A stretch of 64,000 bases of DNA from an uncultured Hyphomicrobiales bacterium (GCA_964637845.1 CAZWXI010000005.1:494-64493), one strand, 5' to 3'. Positions 18,214-28,386 are shown, numbered from the stretch's first letter. Numbers and translations are program-made. Notes: a model not told the origin generated them from the sequence alone.

Positions 18214-19281
18214 ATGCTGGAAATTAAATTAGAAAATATAACCAAAGAATACATACCCGGGGTAAAAGCAGTATCCGATATCAGTTTTAATATTTACGGT
18301 GGTGAATTTGTCGTTTTAGTAGGTCCATCAGGGTGTGGAAAAACTTCAATATTGCGAATGATTGCGGGTTTGGAGGAAATCACTTCGGGTAATCTTTACT
18401 TCGGTGGAAAATTTGTCAATAATAAAGCTCCAAATGAGCGTTCTGTTGGCATGGTGTTCCAAAATTACGCTCTTTATCCGCATTTGACTGTTTGGGAAAA
18501 TCTCGCTTTTCCGCTTAAAATCAAGGGCGAAAAGAAACATCGCATAGCCGAGCAAGTTTGTCGTATTGTAGAAATTATTGGCTTAACCGATGATATCAAC
18601 AAAAAGCCAAAGCAATTATCGGGTGGACAGCGACAAAGGGTGGCCCTCGGTCGAGCTTTAATCAGAAAGCCTAATATTTTCCTTTTTGATGAACCTTTGT
18701 CAAACTTAGATGCAAAACTTCGTGTTCAGATGCGGACAGAAATTATTCAACTTCACAAAGAATTCGGTACTACTTCGGTTTATGTTACTCATGACCAAAC
18801 CGAAGCAATGACTATGGGCGATAGAATTGTCGTAATGAATGAAGGCAAAATCAATCAAATTGCAGCTCCCGGAGAAATTTACGACAACCCCGCAGATGTT
18901 TTTACTGCTCAATTTATTGGTAGTCCTCAAATGAACTTTTTTGATATGAAAATAAGCAAATCAGGACTTTATAATGTCGTTGGTACTGAATATCACCTAT
19001 ATTTGAATATTAAGCAAACCCTATCAACTATAAATATCAAGTGCGGTATCAGACCTGAAGACATAAGTTTGTCTCCTCCCAGTGAAAAGTCAATGAAAGC
19101 TATTATCATTAATATTGAGTATTTGGGCTTCGAACAATTGATTTATTTCCGGCACAATGATGTATTGAAATGTGTCCGTACATCATTAGACACTAACTTT
19201 TCAGTAGGCGATACCGTAAACTTAAAATTTGATGAAAGCAAACTTCGATTATTTGATGAGAGAGGTCTGAGGATTCGATGA
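18214..19281 (+). CDS. Carbohydrate-type ABC transporter ATP-binding protein (MalK/UgpC/MsmK family)
   Basis: Walker A GPSGCGKTS, signature [15 protein letters not shown], Walker B FLFDEPLSNLD, and a C-terminal regulatory (TOBE-like) extension. No permease or binding-protein gene is adjacent. Confidence 0.88.
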   Translation: MLEIKLENITKEYIPGVKAVSDISFNIYGGEFVVLVGPSGCGKTSILRMIAGLEEITSGNLYFGGKFVNNKAPNERSVGMVFQNYALYPHLTVWENLAFPLKIKGEKKHRIAEQVCRIVEIIGLTDDINKKPKQLSGGQRQRVALGRALIRKPNIFLFDEPLSNLDAKLRVQMRTEIIQLHKEFGTTSVYVTHDQTEAMTMGDRIVVMNEGKINQIAAPGEIYDNPADVFTAQFIGSPQMNFFDMKISKSGLYNVVGTEYHLYLNIKQTLSTINIKCGIRPEDISLSPPSEKSMKAIIINIEYLGFEQLIYFRHNDVLKCVRTSLDTNFSVGDTVNLKFDESKLRLFDERGLRIR

Positions 19282-21242
19282 TTTCTTGCAGCAATATCGG
19301 AGTTCATTTCGGTGGCAGAACCTTATTTGAAAACGTCAACCTTGTCATCAACAGAAAAGACAAAATCGGGCTAATCGGAAGAAATGGTTCAGGGAAATCT
19401 ACCTTTATGAAGTTTATTGCAAAACTTGGCGAGCCGACCTCGGGTAATATCATATTCCCCAACTATTTCAAAATCGGATATTTGACTCAAGAACCCCAAA
19501 TATGCTCCGAATTAACTGTACTGGAAGAAGCCGAAACTGCCCTATATGAAATAAAAGCAATTGAAGCCGATTATACCGAACTGTCTGAACAATTATTCAA
19601 TAGAACTGATTATGAATCACCCGATTATCTTGCCTTAATTGATGATATTTCTAACTTCAGCGAACGATTGAAAGTGCTCGAAGCTCACTCTGCAAGCGTA
19701 GACGTTGAGATGATATTACTTGGATTAGGATTTACCCATCAAGATCTTAAGCGTTTGGTGACAGAGTTTTCAGGGGGATGGCAAATGCGTATCGAATTAG
19801 CCAAAATATTGATTAACAAACCCGACTGCATATTGCTCGATGAACCGACAAATCACTTGGATATTGAATCTATTCGCTGGCTAGAAAATTTTTTGAAAAA
19901 TTACAATGGTGCCGTAATTTTAATTTCTCACGACAGAAAATTTCTCGATAATATTACCAATCGTACGTTTGAAATTGCAAACACTAAAATTTATGACATG
20001 CCTCTCAAATATAGTGATTTTGTCCTGAAAAGAGAGGAGCAGAGACAAAGCGAGTTTGCTACGCTCAAAAATCAGAAACGAGAAATCGCTCAAATTGAAA
20101 GGTTTGTTGAGAGATTTCGCTCCAAAGCAACTTTGGCTTCAAGAGTTCAATCTCGAGTTAAAATGCTAAACAAAATTGAACTCATTCAAGTGGATGATGT
20201 TGATACAAGCACAATAAGCATTAATTTCCCCGAACCACCTCGCTCAGGCAGACTTGTCGTTGAAGTTAAGCAATTAACAAAAAATTACGGCAGTCTCCAA
20301 GTCCTTAAAAATGTTGATATAGCTCTCGAACGAGGGGAGAGAGCCGCATTCGTTGGCAAAAACGGCGAAGGTAAATCTACATTTGCGCGTATTATTGCGG
20401 GAATTGAGCCATATGATGGAACGATGAAAATTGGCGAAAATGTCATCATTGCATATTATGCTCAACATCAAGCTTCAATGCTTTCGGGTGATAATACAGT
20501 TTTTGAAGTGATTGATAATGCAGCTGTAGGAGAGATGCGAACAAAAGTAAGACATTTACTGGGTGCATTTTTATTTAGTAGCAATGATGTTCACAAAAAG
20601 ATTAAAGTGCTCTCAGGTGGTGAGAAATCAAGACTTGCCCTTGCAAAATTGCTATTGACACCTTGTAATCTTCTTATTTTGGACGAACCGACCAATCATT
20701 TGGATATGCTTGCGAAAGATGTTCTTAAAAACGCATTATTAGAATATACAGGTACTTTAATTGTTGTTTCTCACGATAGAGAATTCCTCGAGGGTCTGAC
20801 CGAAAAGACTTTTGAATTCAAAAATAAGGGCATCACCGAATATTTCGGAGATATCAATTATTACCTCGAAAAAACTGAACTCTCGAACTTAGATTTAATC
20901 AATTCCGATAGTAAGAATATGAATTTGATAGCTATCAATGATGAGGTAGTTGGGTCAGAATCAAAAGCGCGGCGTGAAAAACTGAAAGAACTCCAAAGGG
21001 AGTTGAAAAGATTAAAAAAAGAATTCAATGATACTGAGCAAATGATTATGACTTTGGAGACCGAGATGGAGGAATATTCTATTAAGTTTGCGTCAACTGA
21101 CTTATATATGGGACAAAATACTCAAAAAGACGCTCAGGAAAGGTATGATTCAATAAATTTTCAATTGAAAGAAATGTTTGTGAAATGGGAAACCCTGAGT
21201 GAACAAATAATGAATTTAGAGCAACAAATCAACGAGTTCTAA
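19278..21242 (+). CDS. ABC-F family ATPase (translation-associated, no TM domain)
   Basis: Two cassettes (GRNGSGKST/LSGGWQMR and GKNGEGKST/LSGGEKSR), an inter-domain linker and a C-terminal coiled coil. Its start overlaps the upstream stop (ATGA). Confidence 0.88.
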   Translation: MISCSNIGVHFGGRTLFENVNLVINRKDKIGLIGRNGSGKSTFMKFIAKLGEPTSGNIIFPNYFKIGYLTQEPQICSELTVLEEAETALYEIKAIEADYTELSEQLFNRTDYESPDYLALIDDISNFSERLKVLEAHSASVDVEMILLGLGFTHQDLKRLVTEFSGGWQMRIELAKILINKPDCILLDEPTNHLDIESIRWLENFLKNYNGAVILISHDRKFLDNITNRTFEIANTKIYDMPLKYSDFVLKREEQRQSEFATLKNQKREIAQIERFVERFRSKATLASRVQSRVKMLNKIELIQVDDVDTSTISINFPEPPRSGRLVVEVKQLTKNYGSLQVLKNVDIALERGERAAFVGKNGEGKSTFARIIAGIEPYDGTMKIGENVIIAYYAQHQASMLSGDNTVFEVIDNAAVGEMRTKVRHLLGAFLFSSNDVHKKIKVLSGGEKSRLALAKLLLTPCNLLILDEPTNHLDMLAKDVLKNALLEYTGTLIVVSHDREFLEGLTEKTFEFKNKGITEYFGDINYYLEKTELSNLDLINSDSKNMNLIAINDEVVGSESKARREKLKELQRELKRLKKEFNDTEQMIMTLETEMEEYSIKFASTDLYMGQNTQKDAQERYDSINFQLKEMFVKWETLSEQIMNLEQQINEF

Positions 21243-23181
21243 TATTCATCAAAGCTTTTGAAGCATTCGAATTAGCGGGATTTATCTTTAATGAATATTC
21301 GAAAGCTTTTGCTGCATTTTCGAACCTTTGGTTGATTGCCTCGTACTGACCTAAATTGAAAATATTATGTGATGCAACTTCAACCAAAGATTTTCCGATA
21401 GAACTTTTTGTCTGTTTACTTGATTTGATGAATTTCTCTAAATCAGGCAAATCGAACGAAATATCTTCAGGTACGGTTCTTGCCCTGAAAAGACGCACTG
21501 CAAGCCCTTGCGGTACAAATTCATATCCTTTTATAATATCTTCTTCGGTCTGGACTATGTCCAATGTTATATAAACTGGTCTGGTATCTATGTGTGTATC
21601 AATTATTTTCCGGAATAAATTAATATAATTTTGCTGAATGAAAGGAAATGTACTCCTAGGCATTCCTGACTCAAATTTTTCCAAATCTTCACTGTAAAGT
21701 TGCAATTCGGTTTTTAAATTATCGAATAAATTTGGGTGCCATCTTTGCAATTGTAGAGGGAACCAAGTTCGTCGCATCAGTTCTTTGCCAATCCACGTGA
21801 CATCGGTTCTAAAGCCTTCAATTTCACGAAAATAAATAAAAGCAGAATTCCAATAGTCCCATTGAGCCGAAATTATGATTGCATTCGGTTCTAAAGCCGA
21901 TACTAATTTTTGGGTATATTCATGTACTAAATAATCGTTCGATTTATCATTGTCACTGATGTTGAATGAAAAGTTCAAAATTGGCAAAATGGCAAGGGCA
22001 TACAATAAATTTTTCCGCGATTTCATTAGCTCAACTGCTCCAATGGCTAAAAACGGAAATAGTGAAATTATCGCAAGTGAGTAATATGCTTCTATATCAT
22101 GAATTGAATAATTAGATGCGTATATGACGCACACAAGAAAATTGATTAAAAAAAACCAGAATATATTTTTCAAATTTGTTCTAACAAATATGAAAAAACT
22201 GCCTAAAATCAATAATAAACCCAATATACCAAATTGAAAAGGTATATCCGTTAAAAATTCATTCAAATTTTCCATAAATGCGGAAGCATCTGAAAACATC
22301 CAACCTTGGTATTGTTTGCCTTGCACATGATAAAGAAATTTATCAAGTCCTCTGTGTACCCAGCCCCAATTAAAAGCAGGCATGGCACTGCTTCGTAGTG
22401 GTAGTGTGATGTACAAAAGAAGTGGAATTAGAAACGCTGCGATTGTCAAAATGTATGGAAATTTTGTTTTAGGCGAGATTTTCAGACTTTCATCACTATC
22501 TGACAAGTTTTTCTTGCTTTCAGACTCCCGTATTCTAATAATTTTATAAATAAGAAACAGAGCTCCAGGCATAATTAAAACCGTTGTCATATGGTTTGTA
22601 AAACCAAGCGCAATACAAAATACTGCAATTATGGTATATTTAATATTTTCAGTCCCAATGTAAGCTTTTATGAGAAAATAAATCATAATATTGAACAGCA
22701 ACAACTGTAGCGAATATACTTCAATCGCTACTGCCTGTGCCCATATGACAAGTGCAAACGAATAAGTCAGAGCAACAATGACTGCTAATATATTAATTGT
22801 GCTTTCATCATGCAAATACGAAACAAATTCGGGTTTGATTTTTTTCTTTTTGTTTATTGTTGCTCTTTTAGTTTCTCTGCATACATTTTTCAATAACTCC
22901 CTGACCAAAAGAAATAAAAACAGAGCCGATGTAGATGTCCAAATTGCCGCCAATAAATTTAGTTTATATACATTACTCAGAGGCATCGGTAATAATGTCC
23001 ACAAAAAGCCCAACAATGTAAATAGCGGATAGCCCGTTGGGTGAGCCACGCCGTATGTAGAACAAGCGCCTGCCAATTCGCCACTGTCAGTAAAAGTAAC
23101 CGATGGATTGACTGTCGCAAAATAAATTAATGCTGTCACAGCAAATACTACAGAAACCGCCAAATTAAGAGTGAATCTCAT
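21229..23181 (-). CDS. DUF2723 (TMEM260-like, GT-C-type) polytopic membrane protein with C-terminal TPR
   Basis: 650 aa. The N-terminal FTDSGELAGACSTYGVAHPTGYPLF motif is typical of DUF2723. Many TM helices. The C-terminus has AAKAFEYSLKINPANSNA (TPR-like). Confidence 0.65.
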   Translation of the reverse strand: MRFTLNLAVSVVFAVTALIYFATVNPSVTFTDSGELAGACSTYGVAHPTGYPLFTLLGFLWTLLPMPLSNVYKLNLLAAIWTSTSALFLFLLVRELLKNVCRETKRATINKKKKIKPEFVSYLHDESTINILAVIVALTYSFALVIWAQAVAIEVYSLQLLLFNIMIYFLIKAYIGTENIKYTIIAVFCIALGFTNHMTTVLIMPGALFLIYKIIRIRESESKKNLSDSDESLKISPKTKFPYILTIAAFLIPLLLYITLPLRSSAMPAFNWGWVHRGLDKFLYHVQGKQYQGWMFSDASAFMENLNEFLTDIPFQFGILGLLLILGSFFIFVRTNLKNIFWFFLINFLVCVIYASNYSIHDIEAYYSLAIISLFPFLAIGAVELMKSRKNLLYALAILPILNFSFNISDNDKSNDYLVHEYTQKLVSALEPNAIIISAQWDYWNSAFIYFREIEGFRTDVTWIGKELMRRTWFPLQLQRWHPNLFDNLKTELQLYSEDLEKFESGMPRSTFPFIQQNYINLFRKIIDTHIDTRPVYITLDIVQTEEDIIKGYEFVPQGLAVRLFRARTVPEDISFDLPDLEKFIKSSKQTKSSIGKSLVEVASHNIFNLGQYEAINQRFENAAKAFEYSLKINPANSNASKALMNIRTR

Positions 23182-24650
23182 TGCTTTTTTTCCAAAATAT
23201 AATTTATTCGTTTTTGTAATGCAAAATCATATAAAGTTAACTTTCTTAAGTTAAAAAATGCAAGCCAAAAACTTTGTAAATTTTGAATTAATGAGCGAAA
23301 AGCCATATCTTTTTCATTTTGAGCAATAAAAAATGAATTCAAGTCTATTTTGCCGATGATATAGCGATTTTTAGCTACATCAAATCGTCGTGCGGCAATA
23401 GTATCTGCTTTGGTTGATATTTCGACTTGTTTACGTAATTGGTTTAGGCGTTCAGCCAAGTAACGAACTTCTGTTTCGAAATTCAGTTTTTGCAATTCGC
23501 TCTCGTTCAAGGTTCTGTTTCTCTCCTGGACTGCGGCTTCGATTTCATTTGAACTCTTACCCCAAGTGAATAGTGGCAGTTGGAGAGTAACGTCGAATCT
23601 TTGTCTGTCTAATAAATCACGATAAACAACATCAAATTCACTTGCCGCTTTGTTCAGACCAAATGAGGCGAATATGTCAGCGTTGATTCGGTTGTTGCTT
23701 TCAGCACGTTTTAATGCGAGTTCAGCTTCCTCTTTACGGATTTCAATATCTGTTATTATGGGATTATTCATCAAAGCGTACATGACAGCGCTTTCAGGTG
23801 AAATATCGTTTTGCGGAATTTCTTTTGGCGGAATTATGCTGATTTCATCCTTACCAGCATAACCAATAATTATTTTAAGTTCATCCAATACTCGCCTATA
23901 GTCAAGCTCTGCATTGCCCAAGACGTTGTTGGCATTTAAAAGTCCTAATTCGCTCTGCAATAAGTCGTTTTCGGCAATTTTACCGACCGAGAATCGCCCT
24001 CTGGACAATCTAAAAAGAGTATCATTTACGGCAACGTTTTGCCGGGCATTGACTAAATTCATCTCGGCAAGATATAATTCAAAAAATTTTCTTGTTACAT
24101 TGATTGCAATGTCTTCCATATCTTGATTGAATTTGTCATCTACTTTTAAATCTGCCAATTCTCTCAGTCTAAGTTCCCACATCATTGTATTGTATCTGAA
24201 CAATGGTTGTCTGTATGTCACTTGCAAAGGAGTGCTACGCCATAAAGTATAATCTCCTGTTTGGTAAATATCCAACTTTGTTATGCCACTTGAAACATAG
24301 AATTCCGAATTTAGAAAGGGTATTTTCTGCGATACAGTTAGATTACCTGAGGTGAAAAGTTGGCTTTGCTCTTGAAATAAGAGTGAACCATCGGGTTGGG
24401 TTATTTGATTGATTTCCCTGACAGCGCCGGGCAACGATGCGTTAAAATTCAATTGAGGCAAATAATCTGCATAGAATGCTTTAGAGCGATGTTTGCGGGC
24501 AAGATATGAATTTAATGCTTTCTTTGCGTCAATGCCATTGTTTTGAGCAAATTTGATACATTCATCCAAAGTAAATTCAATTGCTGGGGAATGATTTGTT
24601 GCCGCCGATATCAATATGATGACAAATACGATTTTTATTATATTATTCAT
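23178..24650 (-). CDS. TolC-family outer-membrane efflux protein
   Basis: 490 aa. Signal peptide and duplicated helix-rich TolC repeats (LDECIKFAQNN..., ...RNRYIIGKIDLNSFFIAQNE). Confidence 0.8.
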   Translation of the reverse strand: MNNIIKIVFVIILISAATNHSPAIEFTLDECIKFAQNNGIDAKKALNSYLARKHRSKAFYADYLPQLNFNASLPGAVREINQITQPDGSLLFQEQSQLFTSGNLTVSQKIPFLNSEFYVSSGITKLDIYQTGDYTLWRSTPLQVTYRQPLFRYNTMMWELRLRELADLKVDDKFNQDMEDIAINVTRKFFELYLAEMNLVNARQNVAVNDTLFRLSRGRFSVGKIAENDLLQSELGLLNANNVLGNAELDYRRVLDELKIIIGYAGKDEISIIPPKEIPQNDISPESAVMYALMNNPIITDIEIRKEEAELALKRAESNNRINADIFASFGLNKAASEFDVVYRDLLDRQRFDVTLQLPLFTWGKSSNEIEAAVQERNRTLNESELQKLNFETEVRYLAERLNQLRKQVEISTKADTIAARRFDVAKNRYIIGKIDLNSFFIAQNEKDMAFRSLIQNLQSFWLAFFNLRKLTLYDFALQKRINYILEKKQ

Positions 24651-25974
24651 ATCTTAATAAATCAATTGGATTTTGCAATGATGCCCTTCGAGCCGGGGTA
24701 ATCCCGAAAGTCAGACCCACTGATATTGAAACAAAAAAGGACAGAAAAATGGATGCCGGAGTAACAATAGTAGCAATTCCAGTGAGAATTTCAATTAATA
24801 TCCCTACCGCTATTCCTAAAATGATGCCTATTATACCGCCGGTCATGCTTATTGCGACTGCTTCCATTAAAAATTGGATCAAAATATCATGACGTTTGGC
24901 TCCGACTGCTTTTCTGATGCCGATTTCTTTTGTTCTTTCCATTACTGATGCAAGCATAATATTCATTATACCGATTCCACCGACAATTAACGATATTGAC
25001 GCTATTGCGCCGAGTACAGCATTGAAAATCCTCTTTGTACTGCGTTCTTGTTGCAGTAAAAGTTCAGGTACAACTATATTAAAGTCCTTTATGCCGTTAT
25101 GGCGGCGGATTAGCAGCCTCTCAATTATTTCAACTGAACTGTTGATTTCGTCGGTATCCCGAAAATGTACAATCGCTCTGTCAATTTGATGATAGTTGGG
25201 GTCTTCGGTTTCACTGCCACGCCTTCGCTCAAAATCTCTCCTCGTAACAAGCGAACGGTTTACATATCTAAGTAACATAGTATTAATCGGGATATAAATG
25301 TCCATATTATAATCCCGAATGTTGAGATTTTGTATGTTTTCTTTTGACATACTTCTCTCATCCATGATACCAACAACTTTAAGCCAGTGTTCTCCACATT
25401 TTATAAACTTACCGATAGGGTCATCTGTGGGAAATAATCTTGATTTCAGGCTATTGCCGATAATACAAACATTTTCAGCGAATTTATAATTGCTCTCCAA
25501 TAATTTGTTGCCTTTTTGAATTGCAAAATTGCTGACCTCAAAGTATTCCGGCATTATACCTACTAATTTGGTATTCTGACGATTTCCGTCATACATTGCT
25601 TCGGTTTCGTAAACAATTTCTGGGCTGATGTATTTTGCAGTTGGTAGTATGGTCGAAATTGCTTCCATATCATCCAAAGTCAAACCAGGAGAAAATTTTG
25701 TTGCGGCGGTTTCTTTTTGGTCACTGTTCTCGTCGCTTTGGTCAGAAAGCTCCTGAAGTTGTTTACGGTCTAATGGTGTGATTATAATGTTGTTTGTTCC
25801 GAGCAATTTCATTTTTTCCAAGATAGCTTGCTCTGCACCACTTCCGATAGCAAGCATGGCGATTACCGAAGCGACACCGAAAATGATGCCCAATGAAGTC
25901 AGAATTGCCCTGAGCTTATTTTGGATAATAGCCTCGAGTGCAATCTTGAAATTATATCCGAAATGCTTTATCAT
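24643..25974 (-). CDS. MacB-type ABC transporter permease (MacB periplasmic domain + FtsX), no ATPase domain
   Basis: N-terminus ALEAIIQNKLRAILTSLGIIFGVASVIAML, a large periplasmic domain, and the C-terminal FtsX block ERTKEIGIRKAVGAKRHDI. Confidence 0.85.
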   Translation of the reverse strand: MIKHFGYNFKIALEAIIQNKLRAILTSLGIIFGVASVIAMLAIGSGAEQAILEKMKLLGTNNIIITPLDRKQLQELSDQSDENSDQKETAATKFSPGLTLDDMEAISTILPTAKYISPEIVYETEAMYDGNRQNTKLVGIMPEYFEVSNFAIQKGNKLLESNYKFAENVCIIGNSLKSRLFPTDDPIGKFIKCGEHWLKVVGIMDERSMSKENIQNLNIRDYNMDIYIPINTMLLRYVNRSLVTRRDFERRRGSETEDPNYHQIDRAIVHFRDTDEINSSVEIIERLLIRRHNGIKDFNIVVPELLLQQERSTKRIFNAVLGAIASISLIVGGIGIMNIMLASVMERTKEIGIRKAVGAKRHDILIQFLMEAVAISMTGGIIGIILGIAVGILIEILTGIATIVTPASIFLSFFVSISVGLTFGITPARRASLQNPIDLLRYE

Positions 25975-27239
25975 TCCTTCGCTTTGCCTATTGATACATA
26001 ATCAAGCTCAGCACTATTCACGGGTTCATTCAGCAGTATTTCATCTTCCTTGGTTATTCCCGAAACAATGACTACCTGATTTTGATTCATTGTTCCGATT
26101 TCAACTTGCTGTTTGATGATTTTGCCTTTTTGCTTTTTATAGACAATATGCTTTCTTTCATTATCTATGATTTCCGTGTGTAGTGCCTCGATTGGAATAA
26201 AAAGAACATTGTTCAATTTTTCGATTAGTATTTCATTGCTTGTTGTCATTGATGGAAGCAGTGATGAGTCCGATTCACTTAATTCCACTATTACCTCAAA
26301 AACTTTTGCATTCGAGCCGCGACGCTGTTCGCCGATATTTGCAACTTTGACCACTTTACCCGTAATTTTTTTATCGGGATTTGCATCCAATCTGATTTGA
26401 ACACTCTGATTTTCCTTGATTTTCTGTATATCAACTTCGTTGACAAAAGTGATTGATTCCATGATTGTCAAATCTGGCAATGTTGCTACGATTGGATACC
26501 ATGCATCAATTGTAGAACCAACGACTTTGCGCCTTCCGTCCCATTCTCTTGCATAAATTACCATACCCTCGGCAGGTGCCATAATGGTAAATTGCCCAAG
26601 AACCTCATTGTATTGCTGTAACTTTTGTTGCTCTTTTATCAAATCTGTATAAATGACATTTATTTTGGCAATTGCTTGTTTGACTTTGGTTTGATAATTT
26701 TTTAATGATTGATTATAGTTTCGTTGGATTCGTTCATAATCAATTTCAGCTTGCCTGATTACCGATGGTGCTTCGTACTTCGAAAGTTCGATTTGGAGCT
26801 TTCTTTCTTCCATGCTGAATTTAAGATTTTCAAGTTCATCTCTGGCGCTGGATAAAGTAAGCGAACTGTCTAATTTGGCTTGCAGGAATTGAGATTCATT
26901 CTTTTGAATATTGAGTTGAATCTCTTTTATTTTACTCATGATTTCGGACTTATCCAACTCTGCGACAAAATCACCCTCTTTGACTATAGTGCCTTCGTCA
27001 ACTATTTTGTTTATTTTCATTTGCCAGATACCTACGGAGCGGGCATTTTGAGGACCTCTTATTTCCATACTGTTCTTGGCTCTAAGTTCACCCGTAGTTG
27101 TCACAACAGAAGCAAACTCACCAAATGACGGATGGATGGTTATGTACTCAGAATTAACGGGTTTCAAATATTCAAAATAAGCCCAAACGGCACTTACGAT
27201 AAGCACCAAAATAATAAAAATAATAATAAGTTTTTTCAT
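25971..27239 (-). CDS. Efflux periplasmic adaptor (membrane fusion protein, HlyD/MacA family)
   Basis: 422 aa. N-terminal TM anchor, lipoyl-like hairpin (VDEGTIVKEGDFVAELD), long coiled coil, and a beta-barrel domain (IMAPAEGMVIY). Confidence 0.8.
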   Translation of the reverse strand: MKKLIIIFIILVLIVSAVWAYFEYLKPVNSEYITIHPSFGEFASVVTTTGELRAKNSMEIRGPQNARSVGIWQMKINKIVDEGTIVKEGDFVAELDKSEIMSKIKEIQLNIQKNESQFLQAKLDSSLTLSSARDELENLKFSMEERKLQIELSKYEAPSVIRQAEIDYERIQRNYNQSLKNYQTKVKQAIAKINVIYTDLIKEQQKLQQYNEVLGQFTIMAPAEGMVIYAREWDGRRKVVGSTIDAWYPIVATLPDLTIMESITFVNEVDIQKIKENQSVQIRLDANPDKKITGKVVKVANIGEQRRGSNAKVFEVIVELSESDSSLLPSMTTSNEILIEKLNNVLFIPIEALHTEIIDNERKHIVYKKQKGKIIKQQVEIGTMNQNQVVIVSGITKEDEILLNEPVNSAELDYVSIGKAKE

Positions 27240-27297
27240 ATTGTTAGTACGTATGATTCAAAAATCAGTTTCAATCAATAATTATGACGATTGTTTG

Positions 27298-28314
27298 CTA
27301 ATTTTCTATTCTATTTCGTTCCCTAAATTCTCTAACAAATTCCAAATGTCCAGAATATGTCTCCGAAAAATTGTGCCAACCTGACGCATCAGGTGCTGCT
27401 ACCATATATAAATAATTATGAGTTTCGGGTTCAACCGCTGCTATGATTGAATTTTTCCCGGGGTTGTTTATTGGACCGGGTGGCAATCCTGGATATTTAT
27501 AAGTGTTGTACTTGTTATCATAGCTCAAATCACTGTATAGAAGCCGTCTTTTTATACCCAACGCATATTGAACTGTTGGGTCAGCTTGTAAGAGCATATT
27601 CTTTTTTAACCTGTTATGATATAATCCGCTGACCTTCTTCTTTTCGGCGTTAATAGGGGTCTCGGCTTCGATTATAGATGCAAGCGTCAGAATTTCATGT
27701 CTGTTTAAATTAAACCGATTTCCTTTTTCTGCTAGGTTATGTACGAATAATTTATCTTGTTCATTTAATAGTCTGTTCAAGATAGTTTTTTCATCCACAT
27801 TGGGATAGAAATCATATGTGTTCGGCTGCAAGTAGCCCTCTAAAGTTTTACCCGGAATACCTCGGACACTGAGTAGTGAGTCTGACTCGCATAACTTGAT
27901 GAATTTCTGTTTGTCTATTTTTGTGTTTTTTGATACAATGTCGGCGATTTCACGGTAATTGAGTCCTTCGGGTATGGTAATTCTAATTGTGTATTGGTGT
28001 GTTCCGTGTGTCAGAGCATCAATGATTTGTGAATTCGTCATCAATGTATCAAATTTGTAAAATCCGGCTTTAATGAATTTTTTATCAAAATAGGCTATGC
28101 AGCTTATGTAGAATTTGTAGAACCATGAGGGTTCGAGAGCGCCTTTTGAGTTCATTATATTAAGTATCGATTCTGAGCTGCTGCCACGCTTTATTTCGGT
28201 TATATCACCGGATGAAAAGCGAATACTTTTATTCAAACTGCTTGTAACAGTAAAATATGCTCCCGAAATTAAAAGTATAAAAAATATTATGACTATAGTT
28301 GAAATATTCTTCAT
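27298..28314 (-). CDS. mltG: Endolytic murein transglycosylase MltG (YceG-like)
   Basis: 338 aa. N-terminal TM anchor, with LASIIEAET, QADPTVQYALG and YNTYKYPGLPPGPINNPG motifs. Confidence 0.9.
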   Translation of the reverse strand: MKNISTIVIIFFILLISGAYFTVTSSLNKSIRFSSGDITEIKRGSSSESILNIMNSKGALEPSWFYKFYISCIAYFDKKFIKAGFYKFDTLMTNSQIIDALTHGTHQYTIRITIPEGLNYREIADIVSKNTKIDKQKFIKLCESDSLLSVRGIPGKTLEGYLQPNTYDFYPNVDEKTILNRLLNEQDKLFVHNLAEKGNRFNLNRHEILTLASIIEAETPINAEKKKVSGLYHNRLKKNMLLQADPTVQYALGIKRRLLYSDLSYDNKYNTYKYPGLPPGPINNPGKNSIIAAVEPETHNYLYMVAAPDASGWHNFSETYSGHLEFVREFRERNRIEN

Positions 28315-28339
28315 ATGTTATCGTCTTCATATACAATTT

Positions 28340-28380
28340 AAATATAAATATAAATATAAATATAAATATAAATATAAATT
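28340..28380. repeat. Hexanucleotide microsatellite (AAATAT)x6 plus partial copy
   Basis: Direct read: six perfect AAATAT units at 28340-28375, then AAATT. It lies between the divergent mltG (start 28314) and the OsmC-like gene (start 28427). Confidence 0.95.
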
Positions 28381-28386
28381 ATTATT

